Counted from the stretch's first letter, positions 15,961 to 27,511 are shown. The stretch is 64,000 bases of DNA from an uncultured Acidobacteriota bacterium (GCA_963805975.1 CAWDVR010000006.1:1-64000), one strand, 5' to 3'. Notes: a model not told the origin generated them from the letters alone. A program made the numbers and translations.

Positions 15961-17310
15961 TCACAGCGACTTGAGGTACTCGATCAAGTCCTTCTTCTCC
16001 GCCGCCGTAAGCTGCAGCTTGCGGTGGCGGTCGTAATGATCTACGACGTCGTCGAGCGTCGCGAACCGGCCGTCGTGGTAGAAGCCGCCCTTCGCCCGTA
16101 CGAAAAGACCCCTGAGTGGAGTCGTGCGATAGCGGTGGTCGGGCGAGCGGCTGGCCTGGAAGTCGTCGATCCCCAGCTCCTCGGCCGTGTGCATGGGCCA
16201 TCCGGGCTCGACGAAGAGCGGCGGCACATGACAGGTGCCACACTGTGCCTTGCCCTCGAAGAGGATCTTGCCCTTGCCGGCCGCCGCCTGGTCAAAAGAA
16301 TCCGCTGGCGGCTCGGCTGGCGGGAGCGAGAGCTGGTAGTAGTGGAGCGCGGCGAGCTTGCCGGTCACCTTGTCGGGGTTGTCCCGGATGTTGGCGTGAC
16401 CGGCCTTGGCGGCCACCGGGAACTTGGACGGATCATTGAGGCGCGGGTCGAAGAAGGTCCCTTTACCGTGCATCTGCGTGATGGCCACGTAAGCGTTCCA
16501 GTGGCTGACCGCTCCCCAGCCCGTGTAGGTGTGGAGGTTGACGCCGGCCAAGCCGAAGGCGGCGGGAAGGAGGGTGGCCGCCGACTTGCCGTCAGGACGG
16601 AAGGCCTTGCCGTCCTGGTTGAGCTCGGCGTCGTACTTGCCCGGCCCCCAGCTCAGGAAGACCTTCCGGACCTGGTCCTCGCTCACCCCGAGTAGATCGG
16701 CGAACGGCTTCAGCGTAGGAGCCGAGGCGGCGATGGCGCCGACGTTGAGGTCGCGGTTGGGCCAGCCGTCGAGGCGATTGCCAATCCCTTTGGCGAAGGA
16801 GTCGTCCACCGTCGAATGGCAGAAGGCGCACTGCATCCCGAGGCTGACCAGCTTGTCGTCCCTGAAGATGCCTTTGATTCCCAGGACCGAGTCGGCCCGC
16901 AGGAGCGCCACCGTCGTTTCCGGGTTCTCGAGACTGACGGCAGTCTCCCGCAGCGCCGAGACCAGGATCTTGGGCAGCTTCCCCACATCGACCTTGAGCC
17001 CGAGCTCGAGAGCCTGCTTGGGCGTCACGCCCGGCCCCACACCCCCTTGCTTTTCGCCGAGAATCGTTTCGTGGAGTCGGAGCTGGCCCCCCCAGAAGTC
17101 CTCGCTGCCAAAGGTGTCGTAGCGGAAGATGTCGCGCCCCTCGTCGAGTAGCTTACGCGCGTGCGTCTCGACGCGAGCGTCGTAGCCGAGCCGCTCCTTC
17201 TCCGCGTTGACCGCCGGGTCGGTCTCAACGCTCTTGGGCCCAGGCAGGCAAGCCCAGGCGAGCAGAACGACGACCACGAACGATAAGACGTTCAGCTTGG
17301 GTCGCATCAT
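15961..17310 (-). CDS. Exported di-heme c-type cytochrome (peroxidase-like)
   Basis: Signal peptide; CAFCH and CGTCH heme motifs; YRTTPLRGL...FYHDGRFATLDDVVDHY. Confidence 0.85.
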   Translation of the reverse strand: MMRPKLNVLSFVVVVLLAWACLPGPKSVETDPAVNAEKERLGYDARVETHARKLLDEGRDIFRYDTFGSEDFWGGQLRLHETILGEKQGGVGPGVTPKQALELGLKVDVGKLPKILVSALRETAVSLENPETTVALLRADSVLGIKGIFRDDKLVSLGMQCAFCHSTVDDSFAKGIGNRLDGWPNRDLNVGAIAASAPTLKPFADLLGVSEDQVRKVFLSWGPGKYDAELNQDGKAFRPDGKSAATLLPAAFGLAGVNLHTYTGWGAVSHWNAYVAITQMHGKGTFFDPRLNDPSKFPVAAKAGHANIRDNPDKVTGKLAALHYYQLSLPPAEPPADSFDQAAAGKGKILFEGKAQCGTCHVPPLFVEPGWPMHTAEELGIDDFQASRSPDHRYRTTPLRGLFVRAKGGFYHDGRFATLDDVVDHYDRHRKLQLTAAEKKDLIEYLKSL

Positions 17311-17674
17311 CGTGTCTCCTTCTCAGGTCACGGAGTGCATGGATCCAAGAAACAGGGCTGCAAGGATCGTACGAGCTGGTCGAGTCGCAAAGCACGGGAA
17401 ACGCAGCGCGCGAGCTGGCGCGGCGCTGCCGCCTGCCGGAACTTCTTGCTGTCGCAGAGTCCTGATCGGAATGGAGGGATTGCGATCGAATTCAAGCCCA
17501 CTTTGGAGCCCGGAGGGAGAAAGGCCACGACTATGGAAGGGCGCGAGCAAGTCGTGCGGGCTTCCCGGATATTTCGTAAAAGCATATCGCGCTCCAAGAC
17601 AGCGGATGCGTCGCACCCGCACTCATGACGCGCAGTCCAGAACCGTGCTGATAGACTGGCGGCTCTTTTTCGCC

Positions 17675-18706
17675 ATGGCCGTCCAAGACCTTCGCCACCG
17701 CCCCACCCTGGCTGCGCCCCTCCGCGAGGCCGAGCCGGACGCTCACGCCGACTCCTCGGAAGGCCGTAATCCGGGCATGTCGCTCGAGCTCGACCGGGTG
17801 CGGGAGGTGCGGATCAACACCAGCGCCATCGAGCGGCGGGCGGCGACGTTGCCCAAGCGGCGCACGGTCAAGAAGCAGTGGCAGGCGGCCTGGTACCTGC
17901 GGGCCATCACCTGCATGGATCTCACCACCCTGGCCGGCGACGACACGCCCGGCCGGGTGCGACGGCTGTGCGCCAAGGCGCGCCGGCCCGTGCGCCAGGA
18001 GCTGCTCGAGGCCCTGGGCGTCGCCCACCTCCCGATCCGCGTCGCCGCGGTCTGCGTCTACCACGGGATGATCGGCGTCGCCCGCGAGGCCCTGGAAGGC
18101 TCGGGCATCCCGGTCTGCGCCGTGTCCACGGGCTTCCCCGCGGGCCTCAACCCCTTCCCGCAGCGCCTCGCCGAGATCCACGCTTCGGTGGCCGCCGGCG
18201 CCGAGGAGATCGACATCGTGATCTCCCGAGCGCATGTGCTGAACGGCGACTGGCAGGCCCTCTACGACGAGGTGCGAGCCTTCCGCGAGGCGTGCGGCGA
18301 GGCGCATCTGAAGACGATTCTCGCCACCGGCGAGCTGGGCACGCTGCGCAACGTGGCGCGGGCGAGCTGGGTGGCGATGATGGCCGGCGCCGACTTCATC
18401 AAGACCTCGACCGGCAAGGAGAAGGTGAACGCCACGCTGCCGGTGTCGCTGACCATGGTGCGGGCGATCCGCGAGTACCGCGAGGCGACCGGCTACCGCG
18501 TGGGCTTCAAGCCGGCCGGCGGCATCTCGACCGCGAAGCAGGCCGCCGACTGGCTGGCGCTGATGAAAGAGGAGCTGGGCGACGCCTGGATGCGCTCCGA
18601 GCTCTTCCGCTTCGGCGCCTCGAGCCTCCTCGCCGACATCGAGCGCCAGCTCGAGCACCACGTCACCGGCCGCTACTCGGCCAGCTTCCGGCACCCGATG
18701 GGGTGA
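17675..18706 (+). CDS. deoC: Deoxyribose-phosphate aldolase (long type)
   Basis: MDLTTLAGDDT; AVSTGFPAG; EIDIVI; LKTILATGEL; ADFIKTSTGKE; GFKPAGGI; FRFGASSLL. Confidence 0.95.
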   Translation: MAVQDLRHRPTLAAPLREAEPDAHADSSEGRNPGMSLELDRVREVRINTSAIERRAATLPKRRTVKKQWQAAWYLRAITCMDLTTLAGDDTPGRVRRLCAKARRPVRQELLEALGVAHLPIRVAAVCVYHGMIGVAREALEGSGIPVCAVSTGFPAGLNPFPQRLAEIHASVAAGAEEIDIVISRAHVLNGDWQALYDEVRAFREACGEAHLKTILATGELGTLRNVARASWVAMMAGADFIKTSTGKEKVNATLPVSLTMVRAIREYREATGYRVGFKPAGGISTAKQAADWLALMKEELGDAWMRSELFRFGASSLLADIERQLEHHVTGRYSASFRHPMG

Positions 18707-18710
18707 TGCG

Positions 18711-21121
18711 ATGACGCCTTCTGTCGCCGAGATCTTCGAGACCCTGGAGTACGGCCCGGCGCCGGAGACCGACGCGCCGGCCCTGGCCTGGCTCGAGGCG
18801 CGGGGACGGGAGATCCTGCCGTTCATCGGCGGCGACTTCCGCCGGCCGGCTGCGCTCGAGTTCTTCGACAGCGTCAATCCCGGCACCGGCCAGCCGCTCG
18901 CCCGCGTGGCGCAGTGCGGGCCGGAGGAAGTGAACGCCGCGGTGGAGGCGGCGCGGGCCGCGCAGCCCGGCTGGTGGGCGCTCGGCGGCCACGGCCGGGC
19001 CCGCTACCTCTACGCCATCGCCCGCCACGTGCAGAAGAACGCCCGCCTGCTGGCGGTGCTCGAGACCCTGGACAACGGCAAGCCGATCCGCGAGACACGG
19101 GACCTCGACGTGCCGCTGGTGGCCCGCCACTTCTACCACCACGCCGGCTGGGCGCAGCTCATGGAGAGCGAGCTCACCGGCTGGGCGCCGGTCGGGGTCG
19201 CCGGGCAGATCATCCCCTGGAACTTCCCGCTCCTGATGCTGGCCTGGAAGATCGCGCCGGCCCTCGCCATGGGCAACACGGTGGTGCTGAAGCCGGCCGA
19301 GTTCACCTCGGTGACCGCCGCCGCCTTCGCCGAGCTCTGCCGCGACGTGGGCCTGCCGCCGGGGGTGGTCAACCTGGTGACCGGCGACGGCAAGACCGGC
19401 GCGCTGCTGGTGCGATCACCCCGGCATCGACAAGCTCGCCTTCACCGGCTCGACCGACGTCGGCCGCATCCTTCGCGAGCGGACCGCCGGCACCGGCAAG
19501 AAGCTTTCGCTCGAGCTGGGCGGCAAGTCGCCGTTCATCGTCTTCGACGACGCGGATCTCGACGGCGCGGTCGAGGGCGTGGTGGACGCCATCTGGTTCA
19601 ACCAGGGCGAGGTCTGCTGCGCGGGCTCGCGCCTCCTGGCCCACGAGGGCGTGGCCGAGCGCTTCTACGACAAGCTGCGCGCCCGGATGGAGACGCTCCG
19701 CGTCGGCGACCCGCGGGACAAGGCGGTGGACATCGGCGCCATCATCGCGCCGGTGCAGCTCGAAAAGATCGACCAGCTCGTGCGCCAGGGAGTCGAGGAG
19801 GGAGCGCGGCTCTGGCAGCCCTCCTGGAGCTGCCCGCGCGAAGGCTACTTCTACCCGCCGACGCTGTTCACCGACGTATCGCCCGCGGCGACCATCGCGC
19901 AGGTCGAGATCTTCGGGCCGGTGCTGGTGGCGATGACCTTCCGCACACCGGAAGAAGCGATCGAGCTCGCCAACAACACGCGCTTCGGCCTCGCCGCCAG
20001 CGTGTGGACGGAGAACATCAACCTCGCGCTGGACGTGGCCGCCAAGATCAAGGCCGGCACGGTGTGGGTCAACTCCACCAACCTCTTCGACGCCGCCGCG
20101 GGCTTCGGCGGCTACCGCGAGAGCGGCTTCGGCCGCGAGGGCGGACGGGAGGGACTGTTCGAGTACGTGCAGCCGGCGTGGCTGGCGGAAGCCAAACATG
20201 CGCCGAAGGCGGAGAGCGCGCCCGCCGCGGCCGGTGCCGAGCCGGAAGCGTCGCCCCAACTCGGCCTGCCGGCCATCGACCGCACCGCCAAGCTCTACAT
20301 CGGCGGCAAGCAGGCGCGGCCGGACGGCGAGGGCGTGCGCAAGGTGCTGTCGCCGTCCGGGAGGCTCCTGGGAGAGGTGGGGGAGGGCAACCGCAAGGAC
20401 GTGCGCAACGCCGTCGAAGCGGCGCGGAAGGCGCAGGGCGGCTGGGCGCGGGCCACCGCGCACAACAAGGCGCAGGTCCTCTACTACGTGGCCGAGAACC
20501 TGGCCGCGCGCGGCGACGAGCTGGCGCGGCGCCTGCGCGAGATGACAGGCTGCACGGCGGAGGCCGCGGCCTGCCGAGGTGGCCCACGCGATCGAGCGTC
20601 TGTTCACCTTCGCCGCCTGGGCCGACAAGTACGCCGGCACCGTGCAGGCGGTGCCGCAACGCATGTTCACCTTCGCCGTGCACGAGCCCCTGGGGGTCGT
20701 CGGCGTGGTCTGTCCGGACGAGGCGCCGCTCCTCGCCTTCTGCTCGCTCCTCGCCGCCGCCGTCTCCATGGGCAACACCGTCGTGGCCGTGCCCTCCGAG
20801 CGCCACCCGCTCGCCGCCACCGACCTCTACCAGGTGTTCGACACCTCGGACGTGCCCGCCGGCGTGATCAACATCGTCACCGGCTCCCGCGATCCCCTGG
20901 CCGAGGTGCTGGCCGCTCACGACGACGTGGACGGCCTCTGGTACTTCGGTTCCAAAGAAGGCAGCGCCGCCGTCGAGCGCGCCTCGATCGGCAACCTCAA
21001 GCGCGTCTGGGCGAGTCACGGCATCCTTCGCGACTGGGCCGACCCCGTCCAGGGCGCCGGCGAAGAGTTCCTGCGCCAGGCCATCCAGGTGAAGAACATC
21101 TGGGTGCCTTGGGGGGAGTAG
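18711..21121 (+). CDS. Aldehyde dehydrogenase with second ALDH-like domain (ALDH16-like); frameshifts near 19413 and 20570
   Basis: QIIPWNFP, LKPAE, FTGST, LELGGKSP, FNQGEVCCAGSR, EIFGPV spread over three consecutive frames; ends KNIWVPWGE. Confidence 0.9.
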
Positions 21122-21128
21122 GGCAGCG

Positions 21129-21434
21129 CTACTCCGCGCTCTGACGATCCTCCCTCGCGTGCCAGATGCGCAGGATGCGCACCTCTCCAGGCAGTACTTG
21201 GTAGCGGATCACGTAGCCGCTGGCACCGAAGGCCACCGGAAGGTCGCGAACATCGGGCCGCGAGCCGGCCGGCGCCGGCGCCACCCGTCCGACCAGAGGT
21301 CGCCGGGAGATCAAGACCGACGCCGTCTTGAGTCGTGTAGCGGCCCGCTCGGCGGCTCTCGGGTTCTTGTCGGCGATGAACTGTCGTAGCCGGACGAGAT
21401 CCTGCCGGGCCAGCTCGGTGAAGACGAGCTTCAC
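21129..21434 (-). CDS. RelE/ParE-family toxin
   Basis: MKLVFTELARQDLVRLRQFIADKNPRAA...GYVIRY...ILRIWHARE. Confidence 0.92.
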   Translation of the reverse strand: MKLVFTELARQDLVRLRQFIADKNPRAAERAATRLKTASVLISRRPLVGRVAPAPAGSRPDVRDLPVAFGASGYVIRYQVLPGEVRILRIWHAREDRQSAE

Positions 21435-21685
21435 TTGGGATCGCTCTCCTTACCCCAGGTGTCGAGCCACGCGAAGACGTCCTCGGCCGGCACCACCTCA
21501 CCGCGCTCGGCCGCGGCGATGGCCTCCTCCGTCTCTTGCCAACGCTGGGCGACGAGGCGGTGGCGGTTGACGTACTCCCGCAGCGCATCCTTGATCACCC
21601 AGGCGCGAGGCCGCTCCAGGTCGTTGGCGACCGCATCGATCTCTTCGACGAAGTCGTCCGTCACATGGGCAGTCAGAGTCGGCAT
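21431..21685 (-). CDS. CopG/RHH antitoxin
   Basis: TLTAHVTDDFVEEIDAVANDLERPRAWVIKDAL...GEVVPAEDVFAWLDTWG; overlaps toxin start. Confidence 0.9.
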   Translation of the reverse strand: MPTLTAHVTDDFVEEIDAVANDLERPRAWVIKDALREYVNRHRLVAQRWQETEEAIAAAERGEVVPAEDVFAWLDTWGKESDPK

Positions 21686-21718
21686 GAGTCACCTCGAGTC
21701 GTTCGTAGTCAGGATAAA

Positions 21719-24065
21719 TCAAGGTACCACGAGTCTCGCCCTGAAGGGCGCGGCCCAGGCCGCGAGCCCGGCCAGCGCCAGCAGGGACAGCGCTCCGCCG
21801 ATCCACGCCGCGGGCAGCGGGCGATACTCGAGCTCCAGCCGCTGCCGGTCCGTCCAGGTGAGCTGGAAGGTTGGCGTCGCGAGATAGACCGGCTCGCTGG
21901 CGAGGTTCTTCCAGCCCGGCAGGTAACCCTGCTGCACCCACACCGGAAGCGGGCGGCCGGGCGGCGCCGTGAGGGTGACAGTCGTCCGGCCGCCGGCCAG
22001 CTCCGCGCTCGCCACGGCCGGGCCTTCGACCGGGACGCGGACCCGGTCGAGCTCGTCGAGCAGTCGTTGCACCGTGGCCGCCGGCGTGGTGCGCCGGACG
22101 GGCCGCAGCGTTTGCCGGGTGGGAGCGAGCCCGGCCAGCCGGCTCGCCAGCGGGCTCCCGTCCTCCACGAAGACCACCGGCCGGTCGCGGCTGAAGCGCT
22201 CGACGGCCGCGAACGCGCGCTCGAGGTCGCGATAGCGGTGCTCGACGAGGAGAGCGGCGCGGAAGCGCTCCCAGCCGGGCTCGCCGTCGAGGGGCTCCGG
22301 CGCCAGCGCGAGCGGCACCTCCAGCCGGCCGGCCGCGAACATCTCCTCGCCCAGGCGCACGAAGTCCAGCCCGTCGTCCGGCCGTGGCTTGACCGAGAAC
22401 GAGGTGAAGGTGAGGACGGGCTCGTAGGCGGGCACGCGGGCGTAGGGTCGGCGCGCAACGTCGAGCTCGTAGACTGCCCAGCTCCCGTCGCCTCCCAGCC
22501 GGCGCACGGGCAGCGTGCCCTCGAGCGCGCCGCCGCGCCTTCGGGCTCTGGAGCACCAGGTAGCGGACGTTGAAGAGGTCCAGCCGCGCGAGGTGGGCCG
22601 CCGCCGGCTGCGCGGCGAGGCGCGCCGGGTCGGGGAGCTTGCTGTCGATGCCGAAGAGCTCGCGGTTCTCCGAGAGGCTGTTGCGCAGCGGCGCCGCGAA
22701 CAGCGAGGTGAGGGCCGACTCGCGGAACACGGTGGTGAGCGACGGCGCGCCCGAGCGCGGCACCAGGGCCTGGAGGGCGAAGGCGTCGGCGAGCGATCCG
22801 TTGCCCATCTCGACCAGCACCCGCCCATCGTCGCGGCCGGCGAGGTCCGCGAGCGCGCGGCTGTAGCTCGCGGCGTCCTCGGCGCCAATGTTTCCGATCG
22901 GCTCGCCCACCGGCTGGATGTAGCCGAAGAAGAGGGCCACCACTGCCAGGCCGGCGGCGAGCGGCGCGTGCCGCCAGCGCGCCACTTTCCCGACCGCGGC
23001 CACCATGGTGCCCACGAGAAAGGCGCTCAGGAACTCGAAGCCGATCAGAAAGCGGGCCGGTTGCAGCGCGAGGTGGGCGGCGGCGCGGTCGGTGGGGAGG
23101 GTGCTGGCGGCGAGCAGCAGCACGAGGCTGGCGGCGAGGCCCAGGGCGGCGTGGTTGCGCTCGGCGCGGGCGACGACCACCGACAGCACCACGTACAGCG
23201 TCAGCCGCAGGAAGGCGAGCGCCACCAGGGCGACCGGCGGCGGCTCGAGGGCCATAGTGGGGACGTGGTCCAGCCGCGCCAGCATGGGCAGCACCCACAC
23301 CGCCGACACCAGGATGCCGCTGGCGCCCACCACGACGTCGCGGGCCAGGCTCTGCCGGCGCTCGCGCCAGCTCGGTGCCGCGGCGAGGCGCGCCGCGGCG
23401 AGGCCCACGAAGAGGAAGACGGCGTCCCACAGCACGTGGACGTTGGCGAGCGCCGTGAGGCCCAGGCAGAGGGCGGCGAGCGCCGCCTCGCGCCGGCTGC
23501 GCTGCGCGCCGAGGAAGAAGTAGTAGAAGCCGAGCACCAGGGCGAAGCCCAGAGGCTGGCTCGCGAGGCCCACGCCGAAGGTGGCGGTAAGCGTGATGCC
23601 GAAGCTCGCGAGCGGGTGGGTGTCGACGAGGAAGGCCACGGTGAGCGCGCCCGCCACCCAGCCTGCTACCCGGTCGCGGGCCAGCCGGCGGGCGCCGGCG
23701 TAGGCGAGGAGCGGCAGCGCGGCCGAGAGCAGGGTCTCGAGGCCCAGGAAGGCGGACTTCGGCTCCATCCCCAGCCGGATCAGGGCCGCCACCAGCCAGT
23801 AGAAGAGCGGCGGATAGAAGTCCGGGAAGGGCATGCCCGCGAAGTACTCGGGCACCCAGCCGCTGACCGCGGGGAAGATGCGGTCGGCATAGATCTCGGC
23901 CATGGCGAAATGCGCGACACCGTCCCAGCCGCCCGGTACAAAGGAGTCGTGAACGCGCACCAGGTAGCGGCCGCCCGCCACGGCGAGGAGAGCCAAGAGA
24001 CTCGCCAGCGCGGCCAGGTCGGCGAGCCAGGGACGGCGGGCGAGGAGCCCTGACGGGTGGCGCAT
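21719..24065 (-). CDS. Polytopic membrane protein, GT-C/YfhO-like ('PTPS-related'); frameshift near 22525
   Basis: GGWDGVAH...SGWVPEYFAGMPFPDFYPPLFY; many TM segments; C-term YLPGWK...VYLATPTF in the second frame. Confidence 0.75.
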
Positions 24066-24169
24066 CGGGTTTTCGGGCGGCCTGTCTCGACGCTCGGTGG
24101 ACGGCGCACTTCATATCTCTGGAACGCAAACCACACAAGACCGCGCTGCCGCGCGCCGGGGGGAAGAGA

Positions 24170-25780
24170 ATGAAGAAGGCCGCCGTCGAGAGGAAGACCG
24201 CGCCCACCAGGCGCCCGCTCGCCATCGCTCTCGGCTTGGTGGCGCTCATCGAGCTGGTACTCGCCCTCGGCGGCTGGGAGCTCCTGGCCGGCCGGCTCGG
24301 GGACTCGGCCTCGATGCGTCTGTGGGCGACGGGCTCGTATCCATACCAACCGCCGCCTCCGCCTCCGCCTCCACCACCGCCTCCGCCGCAGGTGCCGGCG
24401 CCGCCGCTCAACGCCTTCACCGCCTGCGCCGCGGGCGGGGACGACTGCAACCTTTGCGTGCCGGACGTCGCCGCCTCGTTCCACGCGCTCCGCGACCACG
24501 GCGACATCCTGGGCTTCTTCCTCGGCCGGTTCCCGGACGAGGTGGGCTTCTGCATGGGCTGTGACCACTGGCAGGGGGTGCAGCGCCTGCCGGGCCTGAA
24601 CGGCCAGTTCCTCGCCGTCTCGCAGTCGGGCAGCAAGATGCTGAGCATCGTCCAGATGGGCTCGCGCAACGGCTCCGGCCTGCGCTACCGCTCGAACCGG
24701 CTCGCTCCCAACACCCACTTCCACCAGACCGCACCGGCGGGCTCGGACCTCATCGTCGGGCAGATCGTCAACCATCCCGGCTTCAACCACGCCGGCGGCA
24801 TGCAGGCGCTGGGCAACATCCTGGCGGTGCCGCTCGAGAACGGCACGTCGAAAGTGGTGTTCTTCGACGCCACGACCCCGACCAGCCTCGGGACGAACGG
24901 TACGCCGCTCTTCGAGGTGCTGCACCGCGAGTCCGTCCAGGCCGGCACGGCCTCCCTCGCCAAGCTGGCGAACGGCCGCTTCCTGCTCGTCATCGGACGG
25001 GAGAACGCCAACATCCTGGACTTCTACGTCTCGCAGACCGCGAACCTCCGCGCGCCCGACTTCGCGTTCTTCGACACCTGGAACGAGGGCGAGCTGCGCA
25101 CCACGATCGGCGACTCCGAGTTCGGCAACTACCAGAACCTCAACTTCCTCCACCAGTGCGACGGCGGGCTGTTCCTGGTCGGCACCCACGAGGACAGCTC
25201 GATCGGCGTCGGTGAGGACTGGATCGACCTCTTCCGGGTCGAGAACGGCACCGGCAACCACGTGGTCCTCACCAAGGTGGGCAAGAAGCACTTGTGGTGC
25301 TCCTATCCCTCGCCGGGCTCCGGCTCCTCCCAGCAGAACCACTGCAACCTCGACGCCGCGGGCGGCATCTACGTCGACCCCAACCGCAATTTGATTCTCT
25401 ACGCCACCGAGCACGGCAACGACGGCCCCTTCAGCTCGGTGAAGATGATGGAGTTCCGCTCGATCCGGCCCAACCCCGGCTGCGGGAGCGACATCAACCA
25501 GGCGTGGGTGGAGCTCTACGACGACTCGAACTTCGGCGACCGCGGCTTCTTCGTCGACTTCCGCGACCGCGCGCTCGAGGACTACGGCAACTACGATCGG
25601 CTCGAGGGGCTGGAGGACAAGATCTCCTCGGTCCGCTGGTGCATTCCGCCCGGCTGGCGCTACCGGCTGCACAAGGACAAGTCCTTCAAGGGAGGAACTC
25701 ACGACCTGATCGGCAGCGGCGAGCGGAACCTGGGGAGCTTCGGCGACGAGACCTCGTCCTCGCAGTGGCTGAACCAGTAG
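24170..25780 (+). CDS. Membrane-anchored/secreted protein with poly-Pro linker and C-terminal beta/gamma-crystallin-like domain
   Basis: N-terminal TM, poly-Pro run, HWQGVQR and HAGGMQ repeats, C-term WVELYDDSNFG...DKISSVRW...YRLHKDKSFKG. Confidence 0.75.
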   Translation: MKKAAVERKTAPTRRPLAIALGLVALIELVLALGGWELLAGRLGDSASMRLWATGSYPYQPPPPPPPPPPPPPQVPAPPLNAFTACAAGGDDCNLCVPDVAASFHALRDHGDILGFFLGRFPDEVGFCMGCDHWQGVQRLPGLNGQFLAVSQSGSKMLSIVQMGSRNGSGLRYRSNRLAPNTHFHQTAPAGSDLIVGQIVNHPGFNHAGGMQALGNILAVPLENGTSKVVFFDATTPTSLGTNGTPLFEVLHRESVQAGTASLAKLANGRFLLVIGRENANILDFYVSQTANLRAPDFAFFDTWNEGELRTTIGDSEFGNYQNLNFLHQCDGGLFLVGTHEDSSIGVGEDWIDLFRVENGTGNHVVLTKVGKKHLWCSYPSPGSGSSQQNHCNLDAAGGIYVDPNRNLILYATEHGNDGPFSSVKMMEFRSIRPNPGCGSDINQAWVELYDDSNFGDRGFFVDFRDRALEDYGNYDRLEGLEDKISSVRWCIPPGWRYRLHKDKSFKGGTHDLIGSGERNLGSFGDETSSSQWLNQ

Positions 25781-25859
25781 AGGTTGAGGCGCCTGTAACA
25801 CCGCCACGGGCCCGGCCGCCCAAGCTGCCGGGCAACGGACCACCCACGCTGGAGGAGCC

Positions 25860-27473
25860 ATGGCCGCCAAGAACTGGCACTTCGTGACCGCTGATCTGGC
25901 CAAGGTCTGGAGCACGCCGGACCGCAAGGGCTATCTACGCACCGTCCTGCTCGGCGACGCGGTGGACGTGGTGGCGGTGACGCCGGAGCACGTCGAGGTC
26001 CGGATCACCCGTTACACCAAGGCCGCGGACGGCAGCGTGGTGCCGGAGGCCGCTTCGGGCTTCATCGTGCCGTCGAAGAAAGCGGGCCTCGCCCCAGCCG
26101 ACGTGGTCAAGAAGACCAACGACGTGCTGAAGGTCAACTTCGTCGACGTGCAGCAGGGCGACGGGGCGATGATCGAGACCCCCAAGGGCCGCGTGATGCT
26201 GGTCGACGGCGGCGACAACGCCATGTTCGCCCGCTACCTCGCCGGCCGCTGGCGCACCACGGCGGCCAAGCCCAAGACCATCGACTGCATCCTGGTCACC
26301 CACGGCGACGCGGACCACTTCGAAGGCCTCACCCAGATCCACGAGTCCGAGACCTACCAGGGCAAGGGGCCCGAGTCCGAATGGAAGTGGAAGCGGCTGT
26401 TCATCCAGCCGCGCCGCGTGTACCACAACGGCCTGGTGAAGCGGCCGGAGAAAAAGGCGGACGGCGGCAAGCGCAAGGAGGTCGAGATGCTGGGCGCGAC
26501 CGTGGACCACCAGGGCCGCGCCTTCATCGTGGGGCTCGAGGAGGATCTGCTGTCGGTGCCCGAGGCCGAGCTGAACCGGCCGTTCAAGGAGTGGCAGGCG
26601 GCGCTCGCCGACTACAACCAGCGTGCGGTCGGCGCCGGCAAGCCGCCGCTCGAGATCCGGCGCCTGGAGAAGGGCAGCCAGGGCGCCTTCGACTTCCTGG
26701 GCTCCGGCGTCCAAGTCGAGGTGCTCGGCCCGCTCGTCACCCAGGTCCAGGGCCAGCCCGCGCTGCCGTTCCTGGGCGAGCCGTCCGACGACATCGGCGT
26801 CGGCACCGCGGCCACCAACCCGGAGAACAAGAAGTTCACCGGCAAGTCCGCCTCGCACACCATCAACGGCCACTCGGTGATCCTGCGCCTCACCTACGGC
26901 AACGTGCACGTGCTCCTCGCCGGCGACCTGAACGAGGAGGCCGAGCTCGCGCTCCTGGCGGAGCACCAGGCCGGCACCCTCGACCTCCGGGCCGAGGTCT
27001 TCAAGGTGCCGCACCACGGATCGGCCGACTTCTCCTCGGGCTTCGTCGACGCGGTGTCCCCGGTCATCTCCGTGGTCTCGGCGGGCGACGAGAGCGCGCG
27101 CAAGGAGTACATCCATCCTCGCGCCACTCTGATGAGCGCCGTGGGCCGCGCCGGCCGGCCGGGATCGAGCCCGGTGGTCTTCGTCACCGAGCTGGTGGCC
27201 TTCTTCTCCTGGCAGGACTGGGTCGAGCCCGAGGTCCACCAGGTCAAGGACGGCGTGGTCAAGACCGCGGACGGGCTGGCGGTGATCGATCCGAAGGCGA
27301 AGAAGCCGTTCTTCGCCTTCCGCCGCGACGCGTTCGGCCTGGTGCGCGTGCGTACCGACGGCCGGCGGCTCCTGGTGGCCACCGACAGCGGCAACGTCAA
27401 GCTCAAGGAAGCCTACGCCTACGAGGTGGCGGCCGACGGCACGACCACGGCGGTGCGCGTGCGTGAGGCGTAG
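25860..27473 (+). CDS. ComEC/Rec2-like metallo-beta-lactamase-fold hydrolase
   Basis: FVDVQQGDG; LVDGG; THGDADH; LLAGD; KVPHHGS; YIHP. Confidence 0.85.
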   Translation: MAAKNWHFVTADLAKVWSTPDRKGYLRTVLLGDAVDVVAVTPEHVEVRITRYTKAADGSVVPEAASGFIVPSKKAGLAPADVVKKTNDVLKVNFVDVQQGDGAMIETPKGRVMLVDGGDNAMFARYLAGRWRTTAAKPKTIDCILVTHGDADHFEGLTQIHESETYQGKGPESEWKWKRLFIQPRRVYHNGLVKRPEKKADGGKRKEVEMLGATVDHQGRAFIVGLEEDLLSVPEAELNRPFKEWQAALADYNQRAVGAGKPPLEIRRLEKGSQGAFDFLGSGVQVEVLGPLVTQVQGQPALPFLGEPSDDIGVGTAATNPENKKFTGKSASHTINGHSVILRLTYGNVHVLLAGDLNEEAELALLAEHQAGTLDLRAEVFKVPHHGSADFSSGFVDAVSPVISVVSAGDESARKEYIHPRATLMSAVGRAGRPGSSPVVFVTELVAFFSWQDWVEPEVHQVKDGVVKTADGLAVIDPKAKKPFFAFRRDAFGLVRVRTDGRRLLVATDSGNVKLKEAYAYEVAADGTTTAVRVREA

Positions 27474-27511
27474 AGGCCGGCCGCCCGCCGGCCCCATGCG
27501 ATACTCCCGGC

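Noticed and set aside
24350-24388. CCG/CCT/CCA microsatellite as a contingency locus
   Set aside because: Mixed synonymous Pro codons indicate a selected poly-Pro linker, not a slippage tract.
24550-24570. CMGCDH as a heme c attachment site
   Set aside because: Spacing is CxxCxH, not CxxCH.
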